From: Cyanophora paradoxa CCMP329
Lineage: Eukaryota; Plantae; Glaucophyta
Direction: 5' to 3'
NCBI GenBank assembly: GCA_004431415.1
Contig: QPMI01000041.1
Span: 1 to 50,643, forward strand
Length of the DNA stretch: 50,643 bases
Shown: piece by piece, positions 34,593-47,869 of the stretch
Numbering within the stretch: the stretch's first letter is position 1
Layout: every line of letters starts with the position of its first letter
Translations under genes and position numbers: made by a program
The notes under the pieces: model-generated
What the model was told of the DNA's origin: nothing
Databases searched by the model: none
The model's input: only the letters and a program-made list of their open reading frames with translations

Positions 34593-37500
34593 ATGGCGGC
34601 GACGCCGCTAGACGCTCATCCAGTGGGGCCTGGGCCGCGAGGAGTCTCAGTGTGCGCGCGCCGTCCCTTCCGCCCGCCCCGGTGCCCGCTGGTCCCTTTA
34701 CGCGCTTGCTGCCAGGGCGCTCCTGGAGCTCGGCTGCCCCGTGGACGACGCGGCGTACGCTGTGGAGGAGGAAGGGGCGAGGGCGCCTGAGGCGGCGCTG
34801 CCCTCGCCGCCGAGCGCGGCGACCTTGAGCTCGTCCGGTGCGCAATCTCTCTCTGAGGAGGCCCGCGCGCCCTCTCTCTTTCTCGCCTGTCTTTCTGACA
34901 GGCGGCGGGCGGGGCCAGGGAGCTGCTGGCGCGGGGCGCCTCGCCGGGGGCGCGGCACGGGCACAAGGCGGGGCCCTACGAGCTGGCCGCGCTGGGCGGC
35001 CACTTCGAAGTCCTCCGGTGCACCCCTCCCCCGCGGTCTAGGTCTTCGGGCCGCCTCTCTCTCTCTCTCTGTCTTTCTGAGGGGCGGCGGGCGGGCGCGC
35101 AGGGAGCTGGTGGCGAGGGCGGCGCCCCCCGCGGAGGTGGTCGAGAGCATCGCGGCGGGCTCCGCGCGCGAGGGCTCGGCCGCCTGCCTCCGCGTCGCCC
35201 TCGACGCCGGCGCCGACCCGCGACGCCGCGTGAAGGAGAACAGCGCGTGGCTCACGCCGCTGCTGATGGCGGCGGGGAACGGGCACCTCGGCTGCGTGCG
35301 GGAGCTGCTGGAGAGGGGGCGGACCCCGGCGAGGTCGAGGGGTGCCCCGCCCAGGCGCACGCCGGAGCAGGAGGAGGAGGACGAGGCGGAGGGGCGGCCG
35401 CCCCCGCCCGAGTACGTGCTGGCGGGCTACTCGGCGCTGGAGCGGGCGGCGCGGGGCGGCCACGCGGCGGTGGTCCGCCTCCTCGCCTCGCGCGGGGCGC
35501 CCGTCGACCGCCCCGACTCCGGCCTCAACAGCGCCCTCGGTCAGTGCCCGGCCCCCTGCGCCCCCGGCCCTCGAATCGGCGCCAACATCCAATCGGGGCA
35601 GGCCTCGCGGCGAAGGAGGGGCGCCTGGAGGCCGTGCGGGCCCTCCTGCAGTGCGGGGCCGATCCCGCGAACCCCAATGCGCGTACACGTACCCCCCTCG
35701 CGATCGGCGGCGTGCAGACCGCCCTGACGCGCGCGGACCTGTACCCCGGCAGGCCCTGAAAGCGAGCGGCGTGCTGGACTCGGCGTGGTGCCCCGCCCTG
35801 CACGCCGCCGCGTTCAACTTCGACATACCCTCCGTCCGGTGCGCCGTCCGAGCCGTCTTTGCCGCCTGAGCGTCCGAGCCGCCGTCTGACCCGAGAGAGA
35901 AGGGCGCTGCTGGAGGCGGGGCGCCGGTCAACCAGGCGGACGCGTCGAACCGGACGCCCATCATGCGGCCGCTCGCCTCGAGCGCCCACGAGAAGGCGCC
36001 TCTGATGCTCAAGACCCTGCAGTGCTTTGATTTGTCTAGATCTCCTCTTGTTATCGTTAGTCTCGCTCCTCTTTGTTCGTTCGGCCCACGCCACCCTCGC
36101 AGGGAGCTTCTGCGGGCGGGGGCCGACCCCTTCTACGGATGGCAGGACACGTGCACCATCGAGCAGAACCTCCTCTACCAGGTTCGAGCCCCGTCGGGGC
36201 CCTTTTTCCTTCGTTCTCACCCGGCCGCAGGTCTCGGGCATGTACACGAAAAACCGCCTCACCATCCTCGCGTGCGTACCCGTCGGTTCTTCTGCGTGCA
36301 TCCGCCCCTCACGCCCCTCTCGCAGCTTCCTGATCGAGCGGGGCGCGGCGCTGAAGGCGAAGGATGCGGAGAAGGAGGAGGAGGGGAGGGGCAGGGGCCG
36401 CGGCCGGGGCGAGGCCCGCGGGCGGACGCCGCTGCTCGTCGCCGTCGCCGCGAGCAAGGGCGAGGATGGCCTCGAGACGGTCCGGGCGCTGCTCGACGCC
36501 GGTGCCGACATCGGCGCGCGCGACGCGGAGGGCCGGAGCGCCGCGGCGATCGCAGCGGCCGCCGCCGACCTCGAGCTGCTGCGGCTGCTGATGGGCCGCG
36601 GGGCGGGCGCCACGCGCACGAGGGCGAGATCGTCGCTGCCGCCTGCGGCTCGGGCGGCGGCGGGCGGTACCGCCGCGGCCCCGAGACCCGCGACATCCTC
36701 GGGTGGGCGCCCCGCTCTCATCCCGTCCCGTACCCTCTGAAACCCTTCCCAGAGTCCTGCTGGAGGACGAGCTGAAGGAGGTTTCCGTTGAGGGCTTCGC
36801 CTGGCCCGCCGTCCGCCGCGACGCCGACGGCAGCCTCTCCGGCCGCGCCAAAGGGTCCCGCCTTCAGCCCAGGCCCCTCCCTCGGCCCCGATCCCTCTGA
36901 AGCTCGCGGCGGGAAGGTACTCGACGGCGCTGGGGGAGGCGATGCGGGACGGGTCCGAGATGGCGGCCGAGGACGCCCGCCAGTGGGCCGACCTCCTCCT
37001 CTGCTGCCGCGGCCCGATACGCCTCAGGCGAGCGCGCAGGAAAGCTAGAGGGTGCCGCTGGCTGACGGCGCCGCAGCGAGATCCACGCGCTGAAGCCGGA
37101 GGACACGGGCGGGGACGCGCGGGGGCCGCTCGTGGCGGCGGCGACGCGCGTGCTGCGGCTCGAGGGCCGCGTCGAGCCGGAGCCGCCCGAGGACCCCAAG
37201 AAGACGAAGAAGAAAGCAAAGTGCCCCTCGCTTCGGTTCCTGTCATTGCCGGCGTACGCTGAGCGGGCCCGTGCCGGCGGGCGGGGCTGCAGGGGCCAGG
37301 AGGACGAGGAGGAGGAGGCGGAGCAGGAGGACCCCGCCGAGGCGGACGCGCGGGACCGGGAGACGCCGCTGCACGCCGCCTGCCGCGTCGGCCTCCGCCT
37401 CACGGCCCTCCGCCTCGCCGCCGCCGCCACCCGGAGACCGTCGAGTGCGCTATGTGTATAGCTCAGGCTAGTCTAACTAACTGAACCTCTCTCGCCCAAC

Positions 37501-39652
37501 TTAGACCAGCCTACCTAGCTTAGGCTAGGCCAACCGGACCTCTCGCCCAACTTGGCCTCGCTGGGCCCCCCGCGCAGCGCGGTGGACGCGGCGGAGGAGA
37601 CGGCCCTCTCGCGGCCGTCGCCTTCGGGCCCGCCCTCTTCGACGTCTGCGCCCTCCTCCTCCAGAAGGGCGCGCGAGCCCCGCTTCTCGAAATTATTTGA
37701 TATCGCCTTTCTTTCGCTGGATCTGAGCGGCTCCGCTGCTGCTGCGCAGGGGCGGACATCGGGCGGCAGGTCGGCGGGGCGACGGCGGAAGCAGCGGTGC
37801 GCCCCGAGACCTCTACTGCTAGGAACGAGCCCAAGAAATCCCTCCTCAACGGCTCCGGCAGGGCTGTGCTGGACGGGACGCGGGACGCGGCGTACCGCGC
37901 GCAGCTGAAGCGCGCCGCCGCCGTCCGCGACGCCTTCATCTCGTGCGTATCCCCCTCTCATTTCCCCTCCCCCCTCCGCTTTTCCTTCTCTTCCTGAGCC
38001 CCCGCCCGCGCTGCGCGCGCGCAGGTACGGGCACCACCCGCCGGAGGTGGCGCGGTTCACGGCGCAGCTGAGGGACCGCCTCCAGGCCGAGCAGGTCTCG
38101 GTCCGTCCTCCTTCGCTTTCTCTTCCGCCGTCCCCTCGCCCCGTCTCCCCACTCGACTCGGCCTCACTCCGCCCCGCACGCGCCCCCGCGACCCTCGCCC
38201 CGCAGTGCTGGGTGCGCCTTTGTTTCAATCCGCTCCTCCGCCCCCGTTCCGAGGCTGACGCGCGCTGCCCGCCGCCAGATGGACGAAATGAAGGCGACGG
38301 GTACGCGATGCGATTCGCAGTTGGCTTCGCCCCTGACCTCGAGTTCGCTCCGCCCGCGGCCGGCAGGCATCGAGGCCGGAACGGAGGCGCGCGCCCCTAC
38401 GCCTCCGCAACGCCCTCTGAGGCGCCCCTGAAAGCCGCGCGCAGTGGCGGGAGCAGATCGGGGCGGGCATCAAAGCGGCCCGCGCCGTCATCTTCGTCGC
38501 CTCCAAGGCGGGCGCTGCGCCGCGCCCCCCCCCCCCCTCCTCCGCCTCTGATCGCAGCGCCCCCCTCCCGCAGCACTCGTGCGCGTCGGACTGGTGCATG
38601 CTCGAGCTCTCCCGCGCCCGCGGTGCGCCCTCCTGCGGCCTGGACCTCTTCGTTCTCAGCGCCCCCAGACCTGGGGCGACCGATCTTCCCCGTGTGGGCC
38701 GAGGCGCCCTTCCCCCTCGACGACCGCCCGCCGTGCGCGTGTACCCCCTCCCCGCCGCCCCTCCTCACAGTACCCCCGCAGGGCCTCCTCCGCGGCTGCC
38801 GCATCGTCGACCTCTCGCGGTGCCCCGCCCGCCCGGCCAATCCAAGCCTCCCCGGCCTGAGCGCCGCCCGGTCCGGCGCAGGCCGGCGCTGCTGGAGGCG
38901 GGCTTCCCCGCCTTCCTCGCGGAGGTGCGGGGCGCCCTCGAGGCCGCCGCCGCCGCCGACGACGCCGCCGACGCCGACGCCGCCCGGGCCCGCCCCTCAC
39001 CCCTCACCTTCCCCGCTCTTCCCCTCCTCATTTCTGAGCCGTGCGCAGGCGCTGCTGGCGCGGCCCGAGGCGCGCTGCGACCCCGGCGGGCCCCTTCCTG
39101 CTCGCCTGGCCCTGCCGAGGACGCCCGCAACGCCGCCTCCCTCCTCTCTGCCCTCGCCTTCCGCGGCGTGCCCTGTTGGCTCCACTGCCCTGTACCCACA
39201 CCCCCCGTCCTCCCCACCCACCCTCGCATCTTCCTCACAGCCGCGCAGGGCGCGGACCCGACGGAGAGGCGGGGCGGACGCTGCGCTGGCGGCGTGCGCG
39301 GCCTTCGTGCCGCTCCTCTCGCCCGCCTCCGCCTCCTCCCCCTCCTCCGCGACCGCCTCCAGGCCCGCCCGCCCCTGCGCTCGACCTTTCTGTCGCCTCA
39401 CTGTGCCCCGCTTCGCAGCGCGCGCGGGCGGCGGGGCGGCCCGTCCGGCCCCTCCTCCTCTCCAGCCTCCAGGCGAGCGCGCCCCCCGCCCCGCCCCGTC
39501 TGAAGCTTAGGCCGCCCGCCGGACAGGTGCCGGCGTCGCTCGAGTACTCGCTGGCGCGAACGCGCAAGTTCCCTTCTTCGCCGAAGAGCCCGAGGGCTTC
39601 TTCCCGGTGCCGTACCCCGCCTTCCTCCTCCCCCCCCTTCATCTTCTTCCGA
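34593..39652 (+). CDS. Ankyrin-repeat / TIR protein, copy 2 (3'-truncated: coiled coil and CaaX deleted; may be a pseudogene)
   Basis: Ankyrin repeats: ACLRVALDAGADP, WLTPLLMAAGNGHLGCVRELLERG, YSALERAARGGHAAVVRLLASRGAPVD, CPALHAAAFNFDIPSVR|ALLEAGAPVN. Homologous to copy 1 from 36279. Start ATG 34593 is tentative. Deletion junction at 39652. Confidence 0.75.
37929..38697 (+). other. TIR domain, copy 2
   Basis: Same exon structure, including the 6-nt exon (38206-38211) and GC donors (38387, 38508). Glu codon 38604-38606 retained. Confidence 0.9.
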
Positions 39653-39887
39653 GTGCCTCTGGCGGCAGTGCCCGCTCCGGCGGTGCCCCCTTCGCGGCCG
39701 GCCACTCTGTCTCTCCTGTACCCGCCATCCCGCCGCCCCGCGCCCCGGCGCATGCCCCAGCCCCGCATGCGCAGCCGTCTGACCCGTCGTGGAGTCGCAC
39801 GCCGACGCCGCCGGCGTTAGTGCACGCCTCGACCGACGAGGCGGCCCAGGCATGCGCACCTCCAGAACATGAAATGCGCCAGTCCTT

Positions 39888-42800
39888 TCATATGCATAGT
39901 GACGTCTTCGCTCCCACACGCACACTTTTCATTTCTTTCCTTTCCCGGTTGAAAAGGCAAATCAACGAAAAATCAACGGCCTTTGTTGAACAATTACATA
40001 AATATCGTTCGATGATCGTTTTGATTGCTCTCCCCCTCACCGATGGGGGCTGCATCTGGAGCCGCCGGACGCATTCGCTCCTCCAAATTGCTGATGTCAT
40101 ATGTGCATGTATATCCGTCGACGTCGACGTCGACGCTCTTGGTAGAGTTGCCGTCCGGGCATGCGCACCAGCTGCAGCTTCACTTTTGCAGCTGCGGCGC
40201 CGGCGACGAAGGACGTATACGATAACACCAGCTACAATGGCAAGAACACCGACGCCACCAGCTACGCCGCCAGCGATGACTGGTAAAGAAACTGATCCGG
40301 ATTGACCGTCACGGATGAAGTACTGGCACTAGAACTCGCATCGTTGCCTGCAATGGTCTCCTGTACACCTGCTTTGTTCAATCAATTCAGCGATGCATAT
40401 GATTCGAATTTCGTGCGCGAGCCGATCAAATGCAATTGAAATGAATATTGCTCACTTTCGAACAGGAGAGCGGTTTGTTCTAGACTCTTGATTTCCCATG
40501 GGAGCTCGGCGCTAGAACAAGAACGCCGGTCGTTTCCATACTCTTCAAAAGTTTCGCCGCTTCGGTTGGTCGCAGTGCTACGCTTCGGTAAGGTTGCGAA
40601 TGGTGCTGCGTAACAAACAATTGCAATTGCGAAGTCCGAAGCTTACCAGATGTGCTTCCCAGGCCAGGGCTGTGAAGCAGGGAGAATGTCACTGCAGTTG
40701 GAAAGATTTCGATGCGGCTTCGCAGTTCGATGCCGATTCCTCGAGCTTCTTGAGCTTGCCTCCATCCTAGTGACCATCACTTTGACAGAGCTGGTACCGT
40801 AGTCGAGTGCGATGGCCTTCTCAAGACCGGCAGTGAAGGTCGAAGTTTTCGCTTGGTCCCATGCCGCGAAATCGATGTCGAGAACCGCCGTCATGCTTAC
40901 CCTCGAACGCGTTTGCCTGTCCCTGGGTCCTTTTCAAGTTCGAGGCTGGACTCGGCTGTCCTCTGGATGAAGACGGTGAAGACAAAAGAGGCACTGTCCG
41001 TCGCCCCCGTGGAATCGTCTCGAGCTGTAACCATGAATGTTGCTGTCGTGTACTGAGCTGACGCGCATCTGGAGTCGGTGCCGTAGGCAGAAGAGACACG
41101 AACAGAAACGACGCCCGTATCCGGAAATATGGACACGCTATTGCCTTCAGCACACGGCTCCAAAGACTGCAGTTTCACGACGAAATATCGGATTTAGCCT
41201 TCGATCTTTTTTGTCTTCCGTAGCTCGCAGCGACAAGCCCGTATACGTAAGTAGCACTGCTGGGCTGAGCAGAGTTCGTGATGACGGCTAGTTGCGAGGA
41301 TAAGCGAAAGCCTTCGTAGCCGACGCATGCAGGGTATGCTCTCAATGGATCCTGACATAGACTCTCACACGTAAATGCGGGACAATCCTCTGGTAGACAT
41401 TCCTTTCGAATTCTTCCCAGCAAGCACTCGCAGAAGCCTGTGCGAATGTTTTAACTGGGCTCTTGGGAGGCATGCGAGATTTAGATCTGTGCTTAAAAAA
41501 AAAAGCTTGCGCACCTGCAGTACCACGAGGAATGAGCTCGGTGCCTGTCTGTTGTCGAATCGTCCCAGATACAGGCTCCGAGGTCGCGCAAGCATCAGTT
41601 CCATTCCAGCACCATTTCTGCGAGCGTTTGCATCCACCGAGCCCGATTGGTCTCGCTATAGCTGTAGCGTGTGCGCAGGTGAGGGCCCGGGGTAGCAATG
41701 GGGCGAAGTGTGATTGCTGGGGGTGAAGCGACACAACATGATCTGTTGGTGAAGGCGAGCGGTTGGCGAAGGAATTGCTGTCGCGATGCGGTCGGAAACG
41801 GCGATGCAGCGGTTGTCGGTGAAGGGGAAGGTGAAGGTGAAGGAGTAGCTGTAGGAAACACTGTGCATGTGGGCGAAGGAGATCTAACGATAGCCGAAAC
41901 TGCGATCGCAGATTTACATAATTATTATAAGGCTGTACATGTGATCATCATGAATCCAATTTAAACACCTTCGCCTTTGAATCTGTATTGCGCTGAGAAC
42001 CCTTTGCCCGGGTCCACGCCGTATGTATAAAAACCACGAGGAGTGCGCTAGACGTCTGAGAAGTGACAAAAGACGTCCTGCTCAAGGACGCCATTTGCCC
42101 GTTCAGTCTCGCTAGAGCTGCGTCTGGCAAGTAGTAACTTCTCACATACTGATAGGGCATGTCACTGCCGCGCCATCGTACAACTGCGTAGCACTCGGAT
42201 CAGAAATGCTAACGAGATGGATCCGGAACGAGAAATGAAACGTCAACGAGCGAGACAGCGTCGTAACCTGTTCCAGACACAGCATCAAAGCTTGTGAAGG
42301 TCAATTCAATACCACCACTCTGCGCGTGTGGGGCGAGAATAAGCCTGCCCAAAGACGTGATTAGCAAAAGCGCGACAAAAGTGAAGTGACTGCGGGCTAA
42401 CCACATTTGTATAGGATCCCATGGCTGAACTGTGTGTGCCAATGATCGAGTGGTGGGCGCCGCCGACAAAATTACAACGTTATCGGCTGATCATGGCCAT
42501 CAGTGAATTATATATCGAGTCTCAGCTGCACAATATATGTATATATACACACGTGATTGAGTGCTGCTGCAAACGGCGCGGAACCCGGCTCCAAAAGAGG
42601 AGTCTCTATACGTGAATACGACGTGGAGCGCATCAAGTGTGCTGATGTACGTAAACGTGACCGCAGAACTCGCGAACCGCTTCCGCAGATCCGTCTGACG
42701 GGGTGAGAGGGGCGCATGGGCGTCTTTTCCGTCAAAACCTATATAAATGCATCTTATGATTAATATATTCAATATCTGCAGAAAGGTAAGAACGTGATTA

Positions 42801-45709
42801 CATGGATGCAGTCGCAAGCTGACGCAGCGTTGAAACTTTCCAGATGGAAAACAATTCGGCCGATCCTTTGGGAAGCTTGCAAATTCCATAGACGCGTGTG
42901 CTGCTGTGCGCGAGTGGACTCTTCTGAACTTTGGGTGCGTGTGTGAAATGCAATTCGTTACACCAGTGGTTGTCAGTTTCGAAGTCCGTGATGCGAGCCG
43001 GAGCAGCTGCGCAAAGCGATATCGATATCGAAGCTGCGAGCGCGAAGTCTGCTGGTGCATCTTGCTTTACCTCTGTATTCAGCTTTGAATATCGGTTCAA
43101 AGCGGCTAATATGTGTATCAATAGTGACCTTTATCAGCAGAATATTGCTTAATGTCCAGACAACACGCGCTGCAGAGGCATATCGTTGAAAGATCCACTG
43201 ATTTTCCGAAAGGGTGTGTGTCCGCACACGCCATCATATGCCTGCGCATATACGCACTTGCTCGTAAGCCGATATACATGCAATAAATTTGTACCCTGGG
43301 CCTTCTGTATACGTATACGTATCGTAATGTATACGTATCCACGTGCACGCACAGAAACGAGATCTTGAGTGGCTTGCGTTCAGGCTCGTGAATTTCAGTT
43401 CTACCATGTTTTGAACGGGTGCAGAAATCATCCTGCAAAATCATGAAGTGTTAAAACTCGAGCTCAATGATTAATTCTATCCAAAATCTGCACCAATGCC
43501 TTGTCTGTGTACTGCTATTCGCATCGACGGCGATATCGATAAAAGCGAGCTCGTCGATGCCGTGAGTTTGCGGACCGGCCCTGAGCGTCTATTAAATATG
43601 GCGTATTAATATCCATGATCATCGATGTCGCAACCGGACACAATTACTCGATATTGCGCCAAGAAGCTCACTGCTGTGCTGCGGTGAATTGTGACGAACA
43701 TGCTGCTGCCTGTGCTTATGTACGTGTGGTCGCCGGAAGGTAGACTTTCTCCATAGGTAAGGTTCCGCAAAGCCCGCTCTGGGGTGTGAGTCTGGAACCC
43801 AGACTCGACGTGTTTGTGCCATCGTAGATCTGCGAAGCACACATGATCTCCAGTCACGCGTAAATCTTCAGTATCATTCGGCGGCGTGCGTACGTGAACA
43901 CACTCTCCATAACTGGCGGACAGTTCGACAAGCTGAAACAGTACCCGAAATCCGGATGCCGAATAAATAAACCTATATTTTGAGTACAAGCAATCAAAAG
44001 AAAAATCGTATTTCGAAGCGTACGTAATAAGATATATGTATCTGTATACCAACGCTGATGATCATGATTGCCGTATCGGATCCAGACCCATAGTAATTGA
44101 AATCAGCGCAGCCCGGGTCGAAGTCTGGATTACCATAAAGCTGCAGAGTGGACGTGGGGACATCAACTGCGCGCGAGCAAGTCTGAGATTTAGAGTTGTA
44201 TGTATGCGAGTCTAGAGAACGTTAACATTTGATGTACTACGACCGTAATTATATAATAAGTTTACCCTTGCATTCTGCGGCAAATCCCTCAGGCTCCCGT
44301 GACACGGACGGCGACCTTTGAATGACGGCGAAATTCGAAAGCGTGTAAAATGTTTTGGTCGTATATCTGATAGGAGTCCTTTCACACGTCCAATAGGGCT
44401 ATCTTCGAGAGAGCAGATGCCGTCGTATACCTGTTGCCACCTTTTTAATTGCATACAGCTGTGCATATGCATGCCACTGTGCATGCTGCGTACTTTTACC
44501 CTTGGAAATCCGAGTCCGGAACGTTGAGGCTCGTAATCGTCAACTGAATTCCATTCCCCACAGGAGCAGTGATCACCCTGCGTGAATTTTGAAGAACGTT
44601 ACCCGGCACAATCGCGATCCGGAAGTACTCGAAAACTGGATCCGGAGCGCACGATCGCGAGCGCGTTCGTATACGCACCACTCATCTCCATCAAGTAGTT
44701 CTCGAATCCGGTTGATCCCTCGATTGAAGCCACTTCGGTCGTGTCGTCAGCGTTATGAACGGTACCGACCGAAACGCTGTTACCAGCCGCGGTGTGGCCA
44801 AATTAATGATCACGCGCACGATATCGATCAGATTTGCAAACAAATATAATTGTTTACGCACTGCCTGCGCGATATACTCCCCCGAAAGTCGTAGCTGACG
44901 TTGACGTCGTGTTAACGTTGCGTTGCAAAGTGATTAGGAGGGTGCCTCCGTATTCGCGATAGCTATCTGTAGGAGTGCTGATGTATGTGTGGTCGACCGA
45001 GGGAAGGGAGCTCAGGTTCCGCAAAGCCCGCCTGGGGGTGAGTCTGGGGCTGAGCGTGCTTGTGCCATCGTAGATCTGCGAAGCACCCGTATATATACGC
45101 GATCTCAGTAATTGTTTGAAAAACAATACATATATATATGGCCAAAGTGCGGCGTTGCGCACGTGAACACACTCCCCAGCACTGGCGGACAGTTGAGTAA
45201 GCTGAAACAGTGCTCGATGTGTATCACTCCAAAATAGTACACGTGCGCGAATGATCCTGGAGAGAATTCCAAAGTCAGAAGTTCAGATTCTGGTTGGCGC
45301 ATCCAAGGGAAGGGCCCGGGATATATGCAGCACGCCATTCAGATCTGGTCAGAAGGTGATTTGACAAGGAAGCGCATCGAGTCTGGGCGCTGAGCTCCAT
45401 GCCAGAGCTGCATATACACGAGAGCGCTAATCATGAGCTGCGCGCGTCATTCCCATGATATAGTATACGTATGTACGGCCGCACCAGCACTGTTCGCGAA
45501 AGCATACGTAGTGTACATGTAGATGTGACAATCATAGCTATGGCGAAGCAATACGCCTGCAGCTGCAATTGCAAACGTATACGTACAGATGCCGAATGTT
45601 GCACATTTTGGCTCGGGACCGAACAGCTGACATTTTGACACGTACAGATGCGCATGCCGAACGCTCTGCACAGGAGAAGGACAAGGCACAGAAGAGGACA
45701 AGTGCACAT
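39888..45709 (-). CDS. Intron-rich type I membrane protein with about 6 CUB-like domains, S/T/P stalk, TM helix and short cytoplasmic tail
   Basis: Signal-like start MCTCPLLCLVLLLCRAFG (ATG 45709). CUB motifs: VITAPVGNGIQLTITSLNV, GIELTFTSFDA…GYDAVSLVD, IYDGT…LCG, RRICGS, QLYDG…GFSAQY; (Y/F)DG at about 45070, 44425, 43825, 43230, 42735 and 42175. Stalk PTATPSPSPSPSPT. TM LPVIAGGVAGGVGVLAIVAGVIVYVL followed by RRRRR (about 40195-40285). Stop position approximate. Confidence 0.8.
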
Positions 45710-46416
45710 TTTGCACAGGCTGCCCTGCTGCTAACTTAGTAAGTGTTAACTTAAAAGCTGTACATGTTCAAGCATCATTGAAGCATGAGGGTGGCTGGCC
45801 ATGGCATGTTCAAGCTTAAGAGCTGTACATGTCAAGCATGTTCCAGTGGGCCACTGCATGCCAGTGCATGGCTGGCAAAGAACGCGTCTTCGCGTTTGCA
45901 TGGGAAACCTAACAGAAACTTAAACCAAAGAACGCGTCTTCGCGTTTTGTATGTTGTATGGGGCTCTATGTTTAAATTGTATTAGTCCACAGTCCACCGA
46001 AATCTTGACTCAGTCCACAAATTTGGGACCGATTCCCTGATGAGAGGCGCCTCATACTATACCCCCTTAATTACCATCCAATACAAGCCTGAAAATTTTA
46101 CATCCACAATTTCGATTCGGGCTCCAGTGTTTCGCATAATTATGAGGAGGGTTCCACGTACAGTTTTATACGGTACGTATACGGCATACGGTACGGTACG
46201 GTACGGTAAGGTACGGGCCGCCGGGGCCGGATCATCGATATATACTGCCTCGGGGCCGTACCGGCCGTACGTATACGTAATATTACGTATACGGCCGGAA
46301 TCGCCGATAGATGTCAATGACGGATCATATCGATACTATGATATCATCACGGCCGCGGGCCGCGGCCCGGATGCATATGCGAATTATATATGCAGCGAAT
46401 ATCATAGTACACTGTA

Positions 46417-46576
46417 CAGTAGCCCAAATGGCCAACTTAAGCGTGCAACTTCAAGGCTTGCAAGCCTTGAAGTTGCAAGTTGCAACTTGCAACTCTAGCC
46501 TAGTAGATTTTAAAACTTGAAGTGCATTTTTCAAGTTTTAAGACTTGCAACTTGCAAGTGGCATTTTGGCGGACTA
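46417..46576. mobile_element. Possible MITE with ACTTGCAA repeats and a perfect 34-bp palindrome
   Basis: Imperfect inverted ends CAGTAGCCCAAATGGCCAACTT / AAGTGGCATTTTGGCGGACTA. TGCAACTTCAAGGCTTG|CAAGCCTTGAAGTTGCA at 46444-46477. Confidence 0.45.
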
Positions 46577-46616
46577 GTAAGCGCGACTACTAATAGGCAT
46601 ACTAGTAGCCTACTAG

Positions 46617-46953
46617 TAGGTTCTGGCGACGGTCCGGCTACCAATGACACTCAATGACATCATCATCACTGTCGCAGCAATGCATATGTCCGACGCGGCG
46701 ACGCCGGGACCGACGGTCGCTTCAGCCAGGTGGCTCGTGTACATGTCACACGAGTCGTGTGAAAAACTGGTATTCTCAAGTGTCTAATTCGAATTCATCC
46801 AAATTATTGATTGATAAAACTCGCCGAGTCGACGTCGATCGACGCCGAATCGACGCCGACTCGGCGTCAAGTCGGCGCCGACTCGGCGTCAAGTCGGCGT
46901 CGACTCGGCGTCGAGTCGGCGTAAACTCGCCGAGTCCGACGGTCGGCAAGCTA
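46617..46953. mobile_element. Possible MITE with GACTCGGCG/CGCCGAGTC repeats
   Basis: Weak inverted ends (TAGGTTCTGGCGACGGTC / GACGGTCGGCAAGCTA) and a dense motif cluster at 46820-46935. Confidence 0.3.
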
Positions 46954-46989
46954 GCCTCAGGCCTAGCTAGGCCTACCGTAGGCTAGCGG

Positions 46990-47530
46990 TGCGGTAGTAG
47001 ATATCGATCGCGTGAAGATCTAGATCTGCAGACTGCAGCGCAGGGCAGCCGCTGAGCTGCAGTGCACTGCGCCTATGCGCATTGCGCATGCATATGCATG
47101 CGGCAGCCGCTGATCATGATATCGATTATGAGGCGCGCGCGCGCTGCAGCCGCGCGCGCGCGCCGGCATGCACAGTATAGCTAGTACTGCGCGCGGCAGC
47201 CGCTGATCATGATCGATCATGATCATGAGCCTGCAGCGCTAGCTATAGCGCTAGCCGGCCGGCGCCTGCGCGCGCGCGCATGCGCATTATGCCATGCATA
47301 TGCATATATATGATGGCATGCGCATGCATATATATGCAGCCCGCGCCGGCCGGCAGCTGCAGCTGCATGCGCAGCAGCTGCAGGCTGCAGCTAGCTATAG
47401 CTAGCGCTAGCTAGCGCTATAGCTATAGCTGGCACACACCGCTAGCAATAGCTATATATAGCAGCTAGCCTAGCTGGCTATTTCGCACACACGCGCGTGC
47501 GCCGGTATATACGTACGTATACCGGGCACG
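46990..47530. repeat. Low-complexity tract built from overlapping short palindromes
   Basis: Chains of GCTAGC, CTATAG, ATGCAT, CAGCTG, TGATCA and GCGCGC with almost no non-palindromic spacer. Confidence 0.8.
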
Positions 47531-47869
47531 GGCCCGGGGATGGGGGGGGGGGCACTGGGGCAAAAATTGGGGCTAGCTATAGCTCATGATCATGATCATG
47601 ATCAGGGGCATTGCAATTGGCCAATTAAATTAGCTACAGCCTACAGCTGCTCTCCGCGAGTCGAGCCGAATTTCGGCTGCAGCTGGCTAGCTAGGCTGGC
47701 TAGCCTAGTAGGAGCTAGCTATATCGTAAATTAAAAGTCACGAAGTGTTTCTGATTATAAGACACCGATTTCGAATTCATCTAACAACGTCGAATCATTT
47801 GCTGTATAATTAATTGCGGCTGGTCGGCTGGCCAGCTGGCCTGACCAAGTCATCGGCTCCTAGCTTATA

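Noticed and set aside
41491-41508. A10 flanked by GCTT duplication as a truncated LINE poly(A) insertion
   Set aside because: Equally explained by CTT-AAG-CTT inverted triplication plus A-run slippage. Too short to support retrotransposition.
39888-45709. Calling CUB copy 2 or ANK-TIR copy 1 pseudogenes because of frameshifts
   Set aside because: Most shifts are 1-bp differences in homopolymers that vary between near-identical copies, as expected from long-read consensus error. Polishing is needed to decide.
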